This document shows positions 44,895 through 60,959 of a stretch of 64,000 nt of DNA, piece after piece (position 1 is the first letter of the stretch; every line of letters begins with the position of its first letter). A model generated the notes under the pieces. That model was not told the origin of the DNA. It did not search any database and saw nothing but the letters and a program-made list of their open reading frames with translations. The stretch lies in the NCBI RefSeq assembly GCF_009914755.1, contig NC_060934.1; one strand, given 5' to 3'. The DNA is from the human T2T-CHM13v2.0 reference genome, Homo sapiens. A program made the translations under genes and the position numbers.

Positions 44895-45191
44895 GGCCGG
44901 GCCCAGTGGCTCACGCGTGTAATCCCAACACTTTCGGAGGCCCAAGCGGGTGGATCACCTGAGGTCAGGAGTTCGAGACCAGCCTGGTCAACATGGCAAA
45001 ACCCTGTTTCTACTAAAAGTACAAAAATTAGCTGAGTGTGGTGGCAGGCACCTGTAATCCCAGCTACTCAGGAGGCTGAGGCAGGAGAATTGCTTGAACC
45101 CAGGAGGCGGAGGTTGCAGTGAGTTGAGATTGCGCGCACCACTGCACTCCAGCCTGGGTGACAAGAGCGAGATTCCATCTTAAAAAAAAAA
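44895..45191 (+). mobile_element. AluSq/Sx-type
   Basis: 13-bp TSD aaagtctacacta. Confidence 0.92.
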
Positions 45192-45263
45192 AAAGTCTAC
45201 ACTAAGTGACTCATTATTGTCTAAAAATAACAAATGGGAATATAAAATGTTTGTTTTACTCAC

Positions 45264-45499
45264 GCCTCCGCAGTATGGTCCAGAGGATGGAGAGCTGGCG
45301 TTGGGCCCATCATAGAGTGTGAGATAGTTCTGGACACAGTCTCCTGGATCGTCAATGCTGATGAAGTAGAAGTTGATGGTGACAAGCCTTCCAGCAGGAG
45401 CAACAAGGACCCACTCGCAGTACGTGTTGTTTGGGTATGTGCCTGGATAGCCGGGGCTGGTGAATGAGCCTCTGTCTCCATAAAGAGTTCCACCACATC
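45264..45499 (-). CDS. CUBN: CUBN exon 66 (first part of CUB27): GCGGTLYGDRGSFTSPGYPGTYPNNTYCEW...GPYCGG
   Basis: CUB signature. ttgcag| acceptor, GGC|gtgagt donor, 236 nt, phase 1 to 0. Confidence 0.96.
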
Positions 45500-46236
45500 C
45501 TGCAAGGAAAACAGGACAGGAAGTTTGATTCAACAGCATATAAGCCGTCCAGTCTGGCTTGTTAGGCAATAAGACTTTATTTTCTTAAGGTGCTGAGACT
45601 CTGCAAGAATAATGGAGGCAGAAATCCCTTTTCCTTTTCCTCTTCTTTGGGCTACACCCTTTCTCCTCTCTTCCCCTCTCTTCCCACTGCCACCTCCACC
45701 TCTTCCATCCTCCACACACGTGCCTTTGCCTGCATATCACAACCCAGGGATAACTTCCTCCAGGACTGTACTTTGAAAATTGGGGGTTGAGAGCAGAATG
45801 GAAAAAAAAAAAAAAAACAAACTTGATAAAGTAACTGTGGGAGAAAATCAAGTTGTTGTCTGTGTGCTTTCGATGGTGTAGAGATCTTTGCATGCCCAGA
45901 GTTGACGCCAGTGATGTGAGTGAAGTAAAATTAGAAGTAAAATTCAGCACTAAACCAAGAGGGAGTGCGTTATTGTAGGTGACGGCAGGAATGACTTCAT
46001 TATAAAAGTGACTTTACCAGGCTAATAACTGACATACTTAAGGTCAAATACTTCAAGTTTTGGTGTTAATTTGTTCAATTTGTTAATCTGTATATGAAGG
46101 CTGTCATGATTTAGACTATATATCTGTGGAGATCCAGGTCATCTCTGGGACAGGAAGAAGCTGGCTGGCATAGTTACAGAGCACGTGGCTGGGCCTCTGA
46201 CCACTGAGGTCTAATCTCACCTTCACCTCAGTCTAG

Positions 46237-46687
<451 letters not shown>

Positions 46688-47193
46688 TAATCTTGGTGTT
46701 TTATTTGCTCGTTGATAAAATTTGAGCATTGGAGGTCACCTTTAAGCTTCCTTTGGGTGCCAAGATTCCATTACCCACGATTATCTTTATAGAACGCTTT
46801 TCTTAAGATATTTAAAGTGAGTTCTGTTTATCTTTCTTATTTTGAAGGTATTTTGGTATTTTGGGATATTTTATAAAGGTATTCCTCCTCTCTTGAATTA
46901 AATGTATTGACATGACTTAAATTTTCTTTAGTTGTTTGATAAACAGCCAGCCAAAAATGTGAGAAGATACTTACTACCCTAAAAAAAGCAATTTCTCTCC
47001 AGAACCGCCAAGAAATGTCAGGGCCTGCGAGAAGCACAACTACTCATATATATGCCAGAATGTGTTCATAAGTTGGATTTTTGGTAAAAATTTTTCTTTA
47101 AATTCTCAAAGAACTTCCTTGATGGTCAAGCCAAAAGTCAAAAAGTCTAACAAAATTTAATTTACCAAGGAATTTTTGAATCTTCCTACCTTA

Positions 47194-47601
<408 letters not shown>

Positions 47602-47710
47602 CTAATCAGGTACACAGGTAGCTAAAAATATAAAGTTACTTTGCCTTTTACTATTAGACACCTCATGTTTTTCTCACAGTGCTTTCCTGTACAAAGTGCA
47701 AATGTCTTAC

Positions 47711-47876
47711 CAGAGGGTGATGAAGTCCAGATGATTTCATATCCACGATCAGAAGTTACACTATCACTCTTAAATCGTAGGTATAGTTCATTATTTTGAG
47801 AGAAGACAGGGTTTGGCAGCAGAGTTCCACAGTACTTGCCCAGTAATGGTGAATTGCTGTTACTTCCATTTCTCAC
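47711..47876 (-). CDS. CUBN: CUBN exon 65 (second part of CUB26): [17 protein letters not shown]...[11 protein letters not shown]
   Basis: aaag|GTG acceptor, G|gtaaga donor, 166 nt, phase 0 to 1. Confidence 0.95.
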
Positions 47877-50092
47877 CTTTAGGAAGGAGTCATTCATTAT
47901 TAAACTTACACTTTCTTCTCTAAGGTATATACATTAAAATGGAGACAATTTGAATGATGACATTGGTCGGAAAAGCTTTGTCTTTTTATACAGTTAAGAA
48001 TGAAGCGTTTTCTGAAAATACATGCAGAAGTCACCTTCACTTGCAAAGGGGAAAAATGTTCCACGTGTAGATCAAAAAACATTTGCATTTGGATTCAGAA
48101 ATACCTGTTAACCTACAGCAATTAAAACACCAGGCAGCTTTTTTATACCGTAGTTTGTGCTGTGATCCTGCAGCCTTTGCTTTTGGGGAAACATTCTGGA
48201 GAATGTAGGTAAAGTGAATTTTTAAAAGGTGGAGATGGGCGGGGGCAATGTTGCCTGCTCTGCTTCCAGTCAACTATTACACCTTTCTCATTGTGTGTGT
48301 GTTTGTGTATGTGTGTGTGTGCACGTGTTTCCCATTGAAAATTACTTGGCTGTAAAGAGGCTATGAAAAAATACAATGCAAAGTATAATAAAGTTCAGAA
48401 CGAAAGGAATTTCTGTATGGGCAAAGGACAGAATTATAAATCTATACAATGTCTGTTGTTAAATGTGTTTTACAAACACATTCCGAGGCCTTGTTGCTTT
48501 TTTGTTTCAACTCATTTTTGAGTAGACACATATAAAAACAGGAGATGAGCCTGTGTTTTATGGGGAGAGAGAACTACACTGTGAACTGAACCACTTTCTG
48601 TCCCCCAGCCTGGCTGCTACCCTGCATTCACAACCAGCCCTGCTTCCAGGAGGGCTCTCGACGCTTCTTACGGAAACGTTACGCGGGCAATGTATGTTGG
48701 AACCAGCCTGACATGCGGAAATGCTGATTTTACTGATCTATGTATTCAAAATATTGGAAGTTCCTCTGTTCCCTATATAATTCCATGGTTTAAACTTTGG
48801 TTAATTGCTGGTATCTTAAGTCACAAAGTTAAGACATCTTGCTGGGCTGTGTTGATCAGGTGAGATTCCTTTTAGGTCGATGTAGTAGCCCATGGGAGAG
48901 AATAATGCCTTTCTAGTGCTTTGGGGATTATTCTGCTAAGTGTTTAAACAAAGTAACCTTGCCATGACAGAGTAGCCAGTCATCCACTAGTAGATGGGAG
49001 GGCTGCCATAGCCAGCACCACGCTTTTGAGTTTGGGCGTTTTTCCCTCAGGGTCCTCTTTCAAAATGCCGTTGCTCTGAGAGGAGCAGCAGGATACTAAT
49101 TTCCACTGACACTGCTGACAACTTGTCTTATTCACTTTCCTCTCCTAGGAAGAATGGGGCCACCTAGAGCAGTGGGCATCTCTGGGACATCAGAGGATCT
49201 TGAAAGGGGAGGTGAAGGCATGAAAACAGATTCCAAGCATGGTCTAGAGCTCGGCCCTCGCTTGGTAGTAACACAGTCAGAATTCTCAGTCAGACATTTC
49301 CGTTCCCACCGCAGTTCACAAGAACGGAATGCTGAGGCTTCCTGGTACAGCTGCCAAGAAACTATGCCCACAGCCTTCCCACTGAGAGCCAGATGGAGCT
49401 ACATTTTACAGGCCTAAGCGGTGGTTTCCTTTCTTTGCTTATGGGACAGGAAGTTTCAGATCCATTCTGTGGAGTAATGAAGGACAGCTAGGAGGAGGAA
49501 TTCTCACTCTCCACGGCTGGAAAGCAAGGCTTTGCTTCCCAGCATCTATCAGGCAAATGGCAAACGTTGACTCTGATCAATAATGGTCCATTCAAGCTGG
49601 AGTGAGTTAAGAGTTAGTTGCACTGTGACTCCAACCTAACGGGATTATTCCATCTTTCCTCCAGATCCCACTCTCCTCATTCTTTCTGCTTTACACTTCA
49701 TATAAATATTTGGATCTCCATGGTGGGGGAGGTACACAGGTCCAAGTTGAATAACCTGACCGGCACAAAGAATAACTGTATTTGCCTCTTCATTTCCTCC
49801 CTGCTATATACATCTTTCGGTCTCCTGTCGTGGCGAGTATTCCTTTAGAAAAGGCATGAGCTTCCTCCGAGTGTTATTTATGGCACTATATGTTAAGGTT
49901 ATTGATTAATAAAGGATTTAGATGAATTCCAAAGGGGAGAGCTTTCCAGGATGATAAAACTCCGCATCAGGAATCATGTTGAAGCTAAACCCATATGCAA
50001 AGACCATATGCCAGAACACCCTTCCTGGCCAGGCTGGGCAGAAGGTGCCAGCAGCCCTAGGAGCCAAATCGGATGAGGGGGGTTGCAGGGCA

Positions 50093-50129
50093 GAAAAGAA
50101 AGAAGAAGAAAGAAAAGAAAGAAAGAAAG
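50093..50129. repeat. GA-rich (GAAA/GAA)n tract
   Basis: Directly visible. Confidence 0.8.
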
Positions 50130-51472
50130 CCCTTGGTGCTAAGAAGCAGAAGATGTTTTGTTGGGAACAAAGGCTGAAGCTACCAAGAAACTATCAGCTG
50201 AGCAGAGGCCCGCTAGAAAGAATCGTCCCACAGAATGAAAGGAGCCCGCTGCCTACACCGGTACATTTCTTTATGCTACAAAGGTCAAATCCTCTTGGGC
50301 AGCTTATTTTGAATGAAGACCTGATTAAAGAGGCAGTGAGAAAAAAAATAAAATAAAAAATACAACTCCAGATCAGGGGTAGAGGAACAAGCACACTTTT
50401 TGGAAACTTTACTGAAGACTCTTGTGTGGTACAAAGCCAGTTTAGAGACGGTCAGGATGAGGTTTAGATTTAAACTCCACTCACAGAGGAACTCAGCATC
50501 TTTATGCTCTTGGTTTTTAGGTTCCACCTAAGTATATTTCCTAAGGATGAATGCATTTTCGACAGAGCTTGCAAAGCTCAAACCCCGTGAGCTCTGGGGT
50601 TTTTCTGGCAAAACACAGGGGCTGAGTTCCACACACTGGGTCCACATCACATGAGGCTTATTCAGACTATCTCCTGCCTATGAGCGATGATGTTCATGTT
50701 CCATCTCATATGCCCAATGCAGCGATGGGGCAGAAAGAGCACAGAGGGAGCTCATCGGGGGCACTGGAGGACCCCAAAGTTTCAGGCCCACGAGGCGCAT
50801 GGTTCTGCCTGCTCCAGGCACAAGGGGGCTTCTCTCTCAGTGTGTCCTGGGGTGGGAGTGGGGGGTGGGTGTGTGGACGATGGGCAAACAGTGAAGTCAT
50901 TTCTGTGCCCAAATTCAAGCTCTGGAGTTGTGGTGAAGAAAGGACAGACCACACCCCCCTGAGACCAGGGAGCATTTATTCAAGGAAACACTTGTCTTTA
51001 GAGGATGTTGACGATGCCCCAAACTTACTGTAGCTGTCAGGAAAATTAGGTGAGCTATTTAGTATCATTGAGCTTCATTTTACAGAACCAGCATGTTGTC
51101 CTTAGACTTCCCTCTGATCCTTTTAGGTCTCAACTTACATATTGCCCTCTTGAGCCTTCTAGTTCCCAGACTGAGTTAGGAACCCCAACCCATGCTGGAC
51201 TCAGTTAGTCCTTTCCACATTGTGCTGTAATTGGCTATACCCCATCTGTCCTTCCTGCCAGACTAGGAGTCTCCTGCGGGCCCTAAGGTTCCCAATTTCC
51301 GGTGTTTGGACTGGTGCTCTGTAGATGTTTAGGGAATGAAAGGGTAATGAATAAATTAATGAAACAAATAAGAATCATATAATATTAGCAGCACTAGATA
51401 AAAGGTGTAAAATCTTAAGTGATCCACCATCTTTTAAATAATTCATTCAAACGATATTCAAATGCATATCAC

Positions 51473-51654
51473 CTCCAAGAAATCGTTTCTGCATTCAACT
51501 GAGTTCTCGATGCCAAGTGAATGAAAAAAGAGGGAAATGGTGTGGTTCTGGGGGGCTGTGAGAGTAACGGTGCAATCCTTGTCATTGTCGTAGTTATCTG
51601 GCCATCCAGGGCTTCTCAGGTTGCCAAATGCCTTGTGATAGTCTCTGTTGCAAT
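51473..51654 (-). CDS. CUBN: CUBN exon 64 (first part of CUB26): (D)[30 protein letters not shown]...ECRNDFLE
   Basis: Absent from the ORF track, read manually. ctaag| acceptor, GAG|gtgata donor, 182 nt, phase 1 to 0. Confidence 0.95.
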
Positions 51655-52694
51655 CTTAGAGGAAAAATAGGCATAATTAATGTACGCATTCCAATATTTA
51701 GTGCTCTTTCAACTTCACAGGAATCATTCAAAAAGATCATTGCATTTGATAAACTTTAGAAAAAAGTAATCCAGCTTCTTCGTTTACCTTTGAGATAATT
51801 GAGACCCTGAGCAGTGAAGTGAATTGCTCAAGCAGCACACACAGGTGCAACGCAACAGCTCGTTCACACAAACACGCCTACAGGAAGCATGACACAGGAG
51901 GCTTCTCCTTTAAAGACGAATACTCGAGCATCCTTTGAACTTTTCTGATCACGTTGAGGTGGAAGTAGCATTCAGACTCTCTTTTCGACAAGGATGCTAC
52001 CTCCAAGACAGAGTTTTGCACAAGGATTTTAAATCCATTGTTGAGTTATTTGTGGCAAATCGTCATTTACCTTTTTTTTTTTTTTTGGTAAAAAAATACC
52101 AAAAGTACTTTCGTTTGTTTTAACCAAAGGAAGCTTTCATTTGAGTCAATTCAAAATAAGTACTAAATAAAGTGTTCTGTGAAAATAAACTTCTTATAAT
52201 AATCAGGTAACTCTTTCAAGGCTTTTTGATTTTTACAAAATAATTTTCTAAGATTTTCAATTTTGTGAAAATACTAAAAACCTCTGAAATATAAACTTTA
52301 AATGGGTAAATTGTATGATATGAGAATTATATTTTGATAAAGCTTTTGTAAATAAACATATATATTTCTTGTAAATAAAAATGTATATTCAATGTGGTTA
52401 AGTGTATAATTAATAAGATAATTGGCATATTTTTAAAATCAACTACATATACTTTGAAGAAAATGCTAGCATTCTAACCATCCTGGATAGTATTATATTC
52501 TCTTTATCTCTTTAGAAACCAACTGTAGTAATTTGCTAAATTGGGCTGGGTTCTAGTTAAGAGAGGGATGTGGTTTTTGTTAACAAATCCTAATTTACTC
52601 ACAGGAGTCAATTCTAGAAATAATTGTAATTATTCTACGAATAATGGTAATGATGGCAGCTTTTCTGAATAAAAGATGAAGTTCCTGGCCTCAC

Positions 52695-52842
52695 CTGCAA
52701 TCTGATAGGTGAAACTCATTCTAGAGTTTCTGTTTACAACTCCAGATTTGAAAATGACCATTGCAGTACTCATAGAAGAATAAAACACTGGCACAGCCGA
52801 AGCATTTCTGCCACAGAACTGAAATCTTGAATTTCCGTGACC
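52695..52842 (-). CDS. CUBN: CUBN exon 63 (second part of CUB25): GHGNSRFQFCGRN...RMSFTYQIA
   Basis: tttcag|GGT acceptor, G|gtgagg donor, 148 nt, phase 0 to 1. Confidence 0.95.
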
Positions 52843-54990
52843 CTGAAATGAAATGGGAGCCAAATCATGTTAGATTTAGTCTTAGAAGAGAACAGGCCAT
52901 AACAGAAATTAGACTGCATATAAAAGCATGGTGTAAATATTTAGCCATGGAAACCAGCTCTGCTGTTGGAAGTGCTCTGCAAGAAGACTCACGTTGGCCT
53001 TGGAATTGATGCAAGTTGCACCTTCCCAGAGGGGCAGGAGGAAGGGAGGCAAAGCTTCTGCTGAAACCACAGACATTTCCCTGCTGAAAATAAGATCCCT
53101 CGCCTTTTATGCAACTTCCTAGCTGAGGCCTGTGCCATTGCTCTGAGGATCTAGGCTGTTTGAGAGCTCACTGGATCTCTCCTCCTGGGGCTTTTGCCAT
53201 TGTCCTGAGCTCCATGGGACTAACAACCACCATCACCCTGATCCAGCCCTTGCTACCCCTTAGCAAATCTAATCAGAGCCTTTGGTTCCACTGTACATCC
53301 CCCAAGCCAGCCGGGGCCTGTCATGAGGTACCGGTTCCCCTTTGTAACACTAGGGCAGCCCTCATCACCTCTCAAAAGCCTGGAGTAAATGCAGTCGAAT
53401 GCCCATCAGTTCTTGGGTAAAAACAAGTTGTACCAAAGTCAGGGTATTTGCAGCCTCCCTGTCACAGGAATGTCTCTAATATCTGCAGTTCTTAGGAACC
53501 TACTGAAACACCCCACCCGTCTCTGCTTGCAAAACTCCTGTAACTGCTCCGGGCTTCCACCCCTCTTCCCCACTGTCTCCTGCTCTTGGTCCTTGTCTAA
53601 CTTTGCTGTATCCTGTGAACTTTAACTGCACTGTCAGTCATTCTCGGTATACATCCCCCACCTTTCCACTTTGTGGCCTTAGCAAAACCTGGTTCTCCAG
53701 CAGCCTCCTGGTAGAGGCTGTTCTTTACCCATGCTCCACAGTTCATTGAGTGGGAAGGGTGGGGGGCCAGCCTCGGGGGAAGGGAGGGAGGCTCCACATT
53801 CCTCACTGCAGCTTCCATCCTCGTCTCAAAGCTGGTTCTCCTTCGACGGTCTCTACATCTGGCCAAAGATATTCTTACCATTATCGTCACTCTCATTTAC
53901 TTTTCTCCCAGTTACTTCCCTTCATTTATGAAAGACTTGAGGTGTCTCAGCTCATAGTCATCTCCTGCCCCTGATTTCCTTTCTGAACCCTTTAGAGGTT
54001 TCTGTGTTTTTATAGACAAGCCATTAAACACCCTCAACTTCATATTTCTTAACCTTAGGGCCTTCTATCTCTGCATCTCTGTTCATCTCCAGTGCCAGCT
54101 AACCACTGAACATCCTCCGTAACCACCCTACACATCATTCCTTCATGATCTGCCAATTAGGGCTGCTCTGTCTACTCTTGGATACCCCGAGAATCCCAGT
54201 TTCTCCCAGCTCATCCGTCAATGTTTGTCTTTCCTCCCTACCTACCCAGTCCGAAACCCTTGATTGTTTCCTGTATTCATTCAGTGGAAAACATTATTCA
54301 GTCATGACAAACACTGGGTCTTACTCGAGGCTGCTCCAGCTGCTGTTATGTTTCAGACGGTGTCTCGTGCCCTGAAAGTGCCATTCTGTGCCCCGCTGAG
54401 TGGTCCACCCTGATCCCCATTGTCTTAGCTTCGTGAAGCCAGGGAAAATTGAGAGAGCTTTCACCCAAAGGGCCTGTTCCACTTGGCTGTAAGTCCTCTA
54501 GGGTACCAATGGGTAATAGAGATTTTGTCCTGAAAACCATTACCAATGGAATGACGATAATCTAGCATCTTGTCCACCTTGGGAGCTCATCTCAGCATAT
54601 ATGCTTTGCACCAAACTCAGCAAGTCCAGGGTCTATTCAGCTGCCAGCACATCTCACGCCTCTCCACTCTGGAGTCACACAACCTGGACTTTTCTTTCCC
54701 CAGCAAGACCACATGAGAAGCAGGGGACCCCAGATTTATAATGAAGGGGACCCTGAAAACTCAGAAGACAACAGATACTCTACTAGTCCAGCATATGGGG
54801 CTTTGACCATGACATTTTACTGGAATGAACTGGGGAGGGTTAGTTGCTCCCCAAACTGCAGAAAGACAATCCAGGTATTCTCAGATGTTCTCCTGGTATC
54901 CATCCTCAGTTCGTGGCCAATCCCTTTGCATATTTTCCCCAGATAATCTCATTCTTCTCATTTTTCAATTACCTATCATGATAATGATGA

Positions 54991-55454
<464 letters not shown>

Positions 55455-55833
55455 TAGTGCCAAACAGCCTCTTCACTGATTCTCTTGTGTTCTGTACTGA
55501 CCCTTTCAATTCAACCTATACATAAATCCCACTAACTAGAGGTATTTCTCCAAGCATGGTCCATGGAGTTCTGGTACTGGCACCAAAACACCAGAGGTGT
55601 TTGTCAAAAATTCAGATAAATGGGTGTTATATGGGGGATTCGGTCTCTGAGGGTGGGCCAGGGAGGATGCACTTTTAAGATGCATCTTAATGCATTCTTA
55701 GGCACATGAAGCTTTGAGAGCTCTGGACCTGCAGGACCAAGTTCAAGTTTCTCGACACACCTGATTGGAGGGCTTTGTGTATGGATGAAAAACACATTAA
55801 GCTGGAAGTAACTTAGAAAATTATTTCATCATG

Positions 55834-56691
55834 AAACAAACCACTCCATCAAAAAGTGGGCGAAGGATATGAACAGACACTTCTCAAAAGAAGACATTTA
55901 TGCAGCCAAAAGACACATGAAAAAATGCTCATCATCACTAGCCATCAGAGAAATGCAAATCAAAACCACAATGAGATACCATCTCACACCAGTTAGAATG
56001 GCGATCATTAAAAAGTCAGGAAACAACAGGTGCTGGAGAGGATGTGGAGAAATAGGAACACTTTTACACTGTTGGTGAGACTGTAAACTAGTTCAACCAT
56101 TGTGGAAGACAGTGTGGCGATTCCTCAGGGATCTAGAACTAGAAATACCATTTGATCCAGCCATCCCATTACTGGGTATATACCCAAAGGATTATAAATC
56201 ATGCTGCTATAAAGACACATGCACACGTATGTTTATTGCGGCACTATTCACAATAGCAAAGACTTGGAACCATCCCAAATGTCCAACAATGATAGACCGG
56301 ATTAAGAAAATGTGGCACATACACACCATGGAATACTATGCAGCCATAAAAAATGATGAGGTCATGTCCTTTGTAGGGACATGGATGAAGCTAGAAACCA
56401 TCATTCTCAGCAAACTATCGCAAGGACAAAAAACCAAACACCGCATATTCTCACTCATAGGTGGGAATTGAACAATCGGAACACATGGACACAGGAAGGG
56501 GAACATCACACACCGGGGCCTGTTGTGGGGTGGGGGAAGAGGGGAGGGGGGAGGGATAGCATTAGGAGATATACCTAATGTTAAATGACGAGTTAATGGG
56601 TGCAGCACACCAACATGGCACATGTATACATATGTAACAAACTTGCACATTGTGCGCATGTACCCTAAAACTTAAAGTATAATTAAAAAAA
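55834..56691 (+). mobile_element. 5'-truncated young primate L1 (L1PA3/4-like): ORF2 C-terminus and 3'UTR
   Basis: ORF2 end ...SLIGGN with an internal TGA at 56076-56078. Perfect 19-bp TSD agaaaattatttcatcatg at 55815-55833 and 56692-56710. Confidence 0.93.
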
Positions 56692-56789
56692 AGAAAATTA
56701 TTTCATCATGGCTTCATTACTTCAAGTGTTTTGCAAATACTGGTGAAAAGGTCACTAGATGTGACTGCCATTCATCTTATAATTGTTAC

Positions 56790-56995
56790 CTGCGGTGAGT
56801 CCTGAAGCTGTAAGTAATTCTGCGTGCAGTCTTGCGAGGTCAGCTGTAATGCCCACACAGTTATCTTGACCTGCTGATGCGGAGGGGAATCAATGACCCA
56901 AGTACAGATGGAAAATGGGACATCTGGGTCTGATGAATTGGGTGATGAAATATTTTGTGGGGTCCAAGTTGCATTGTACGTTCCACCACAAGGCA
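56790..56995 (-). CDS. CUBN: CUBN exon 62 (first part of CUB25): (M)[10 protein letters not shown]...[11 protein letters not shown]
   Basis: ctccag| acceptor, CAG|gtaaca donor, 206 nt, phase 1 to 0. Confidence 0.95.
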
Positions 56996-57181
56996 CTGGA
57001 GAGGGAGGAAAAAGCAACACAGGAGACATTTTATTCATGTCTCATCTCAGGCAATCTTTGCAATTCTGTCTTCCCTGCCTCCCACCCCGGAGGAGCTATA
57101 TTTTCATTACTCTATTAAGAATTCAGGGTTTATATCCTTGACTAAAGATTGTATCAAATTTGTACCACAGATTAAACATAC

Positions 57182-57261
57182 AGTAATTAACATGGTGTTT
57201 AGCAATTGACATTGAGTTTAGATAGTAATTGACATTGAGTTTAGTAATTAACATTGAAATT
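57182..57261. repeat. Four imperfect copies of a ~19-bp unit AGTAATTRACATTGAGTTT
   Basis: Directly visible in CUBN intron 61. Confidence 0.8.
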
Positions 57262-57344
57262 TCGATATAATAAGCAGGGCATTCTTTTCAGTGCATAAAT
57301 ACATGTGTATTTCATAACATATAAAAATGCTTCTATTTACTCAC

Positions 57345-57507
57345 TGTCCATGATGGTGTATGTAGCATTAAATCCTTCCCTCTCTAATGTTAAGTCACTG
57401 ATGAATTGAACCGTAAGGAAGTTACCAGAAGAGATAAAAGGAGCAGGTACTGTGGAACCACAAAACGTTCCAGCCAAGTTCGCATTTTCACTATCCCCAT
57501 CATATAA
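57345..57507 (-). CDS. CUBN: CUBN exon 61 (second part of CUB24): [18 protein letters not shown]...[10 protein letters not shown]
   Basis: tctcag|TTA acceptor, A|gtgagt donor, 163 nt, phase 0 to 1. Exon number counted back from the known 67-exon structure. Confidence 0.95.
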
Positions 57508-57769
57508 CTGAGAAGAAAAACAATTCATTACTTCTCCATTACTTACAAAAAATTGCATATTTCACACTAAATTGGACGCGAAGTTGCAATAGGTCACGGT
57601 AAACATTTTTACATTGATTTTCTTAGAGGTAGTCTTAATTTAGGAACAGAATTATAATTGGATTGATTATATTATGACTTTCAGGAAAAACCTGTTATGA
57701 CGCCTAACATTTTTTTCCTCTTTGGGAAATATATGATTTTTAAAAGAAGGTGTTATGAGAGTCCGCTCA

Positions 57770-59680
<1,911 letters not shown>

Positions 59681-59916
59681 GGTGCTTGGATTTCCCTGAA
59701 ACACATAACTAGAAAATGTTTTCTTCTGAGTAATCTCCATTGTACTTCTAAAATGAGTGTCTGTGTGTATCTAACTCCAAATATTCAATTCATAACAGAG
59801 CTATGTGTTCAAGGCCTCAGAACAGCCATGACCATGACCACTGACATTATTCTAAAGTGCTAGGATTATGTAAGACAGGAATGACTAAAACCAGTCATTG
59901 TAAAAGAAAAAGAAAT

Positions 59917-59935
59917 GCACCACTAGATGGCACTG
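59917..59935 (+). promoter_or_regulatory. Candidate CTCF site
   Basis: gcaCCACTAGATGGCACtg, close match to the CTCF core. Confidence 0.6.
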
Positions 59936-60426
59936 TCTTTCCAACTTAAACATGATTTTAGTTAATTCAGAATCAGATGAAAGTCGAGTTTTCTAATCTT
60001 CACCCCTTTGTTTCATGGAAGAGCACATTTGCCAAGTTTTAGGTCATGCACTTTTTCTGGTAAACAAGTTAAAATTTCATGATAATCATTGCTGTCTTTA
60101 TGATCACATTTATATTAGCAAGGATTTTTATTCTGGGACCTGTATGCCAGGCCTCTGTGCTAGATCCCAGGCATACAAGGACATGTAAAGCCCTTTCCAG
60201 ATCTTCAAGACATAAGACCCCTTCATGAACAAAGGAGAGTAAAGGTCTACAAATTAAATATACAAATACATATATTTGTGTAATATGCACATACACTATG
60301 CATACACATAAATATATGTGTATATAAATTATATACAAAATAGAGAAAAATAAGTGCTACAATAAAATAATGGGAGTGTATCATGAGAACCCACGTGATG
60401 GAGACAGACATTTGGGTTGGCCCTTA

Positions 60427-60959
<533 letters not shown>

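Noticed and set aside
55869-56471. Two ORFs with convincing protein-like sequence
   Set aside because: L1 ORF2 C-terminus of a 5'-truncated element, split by a stop codon.
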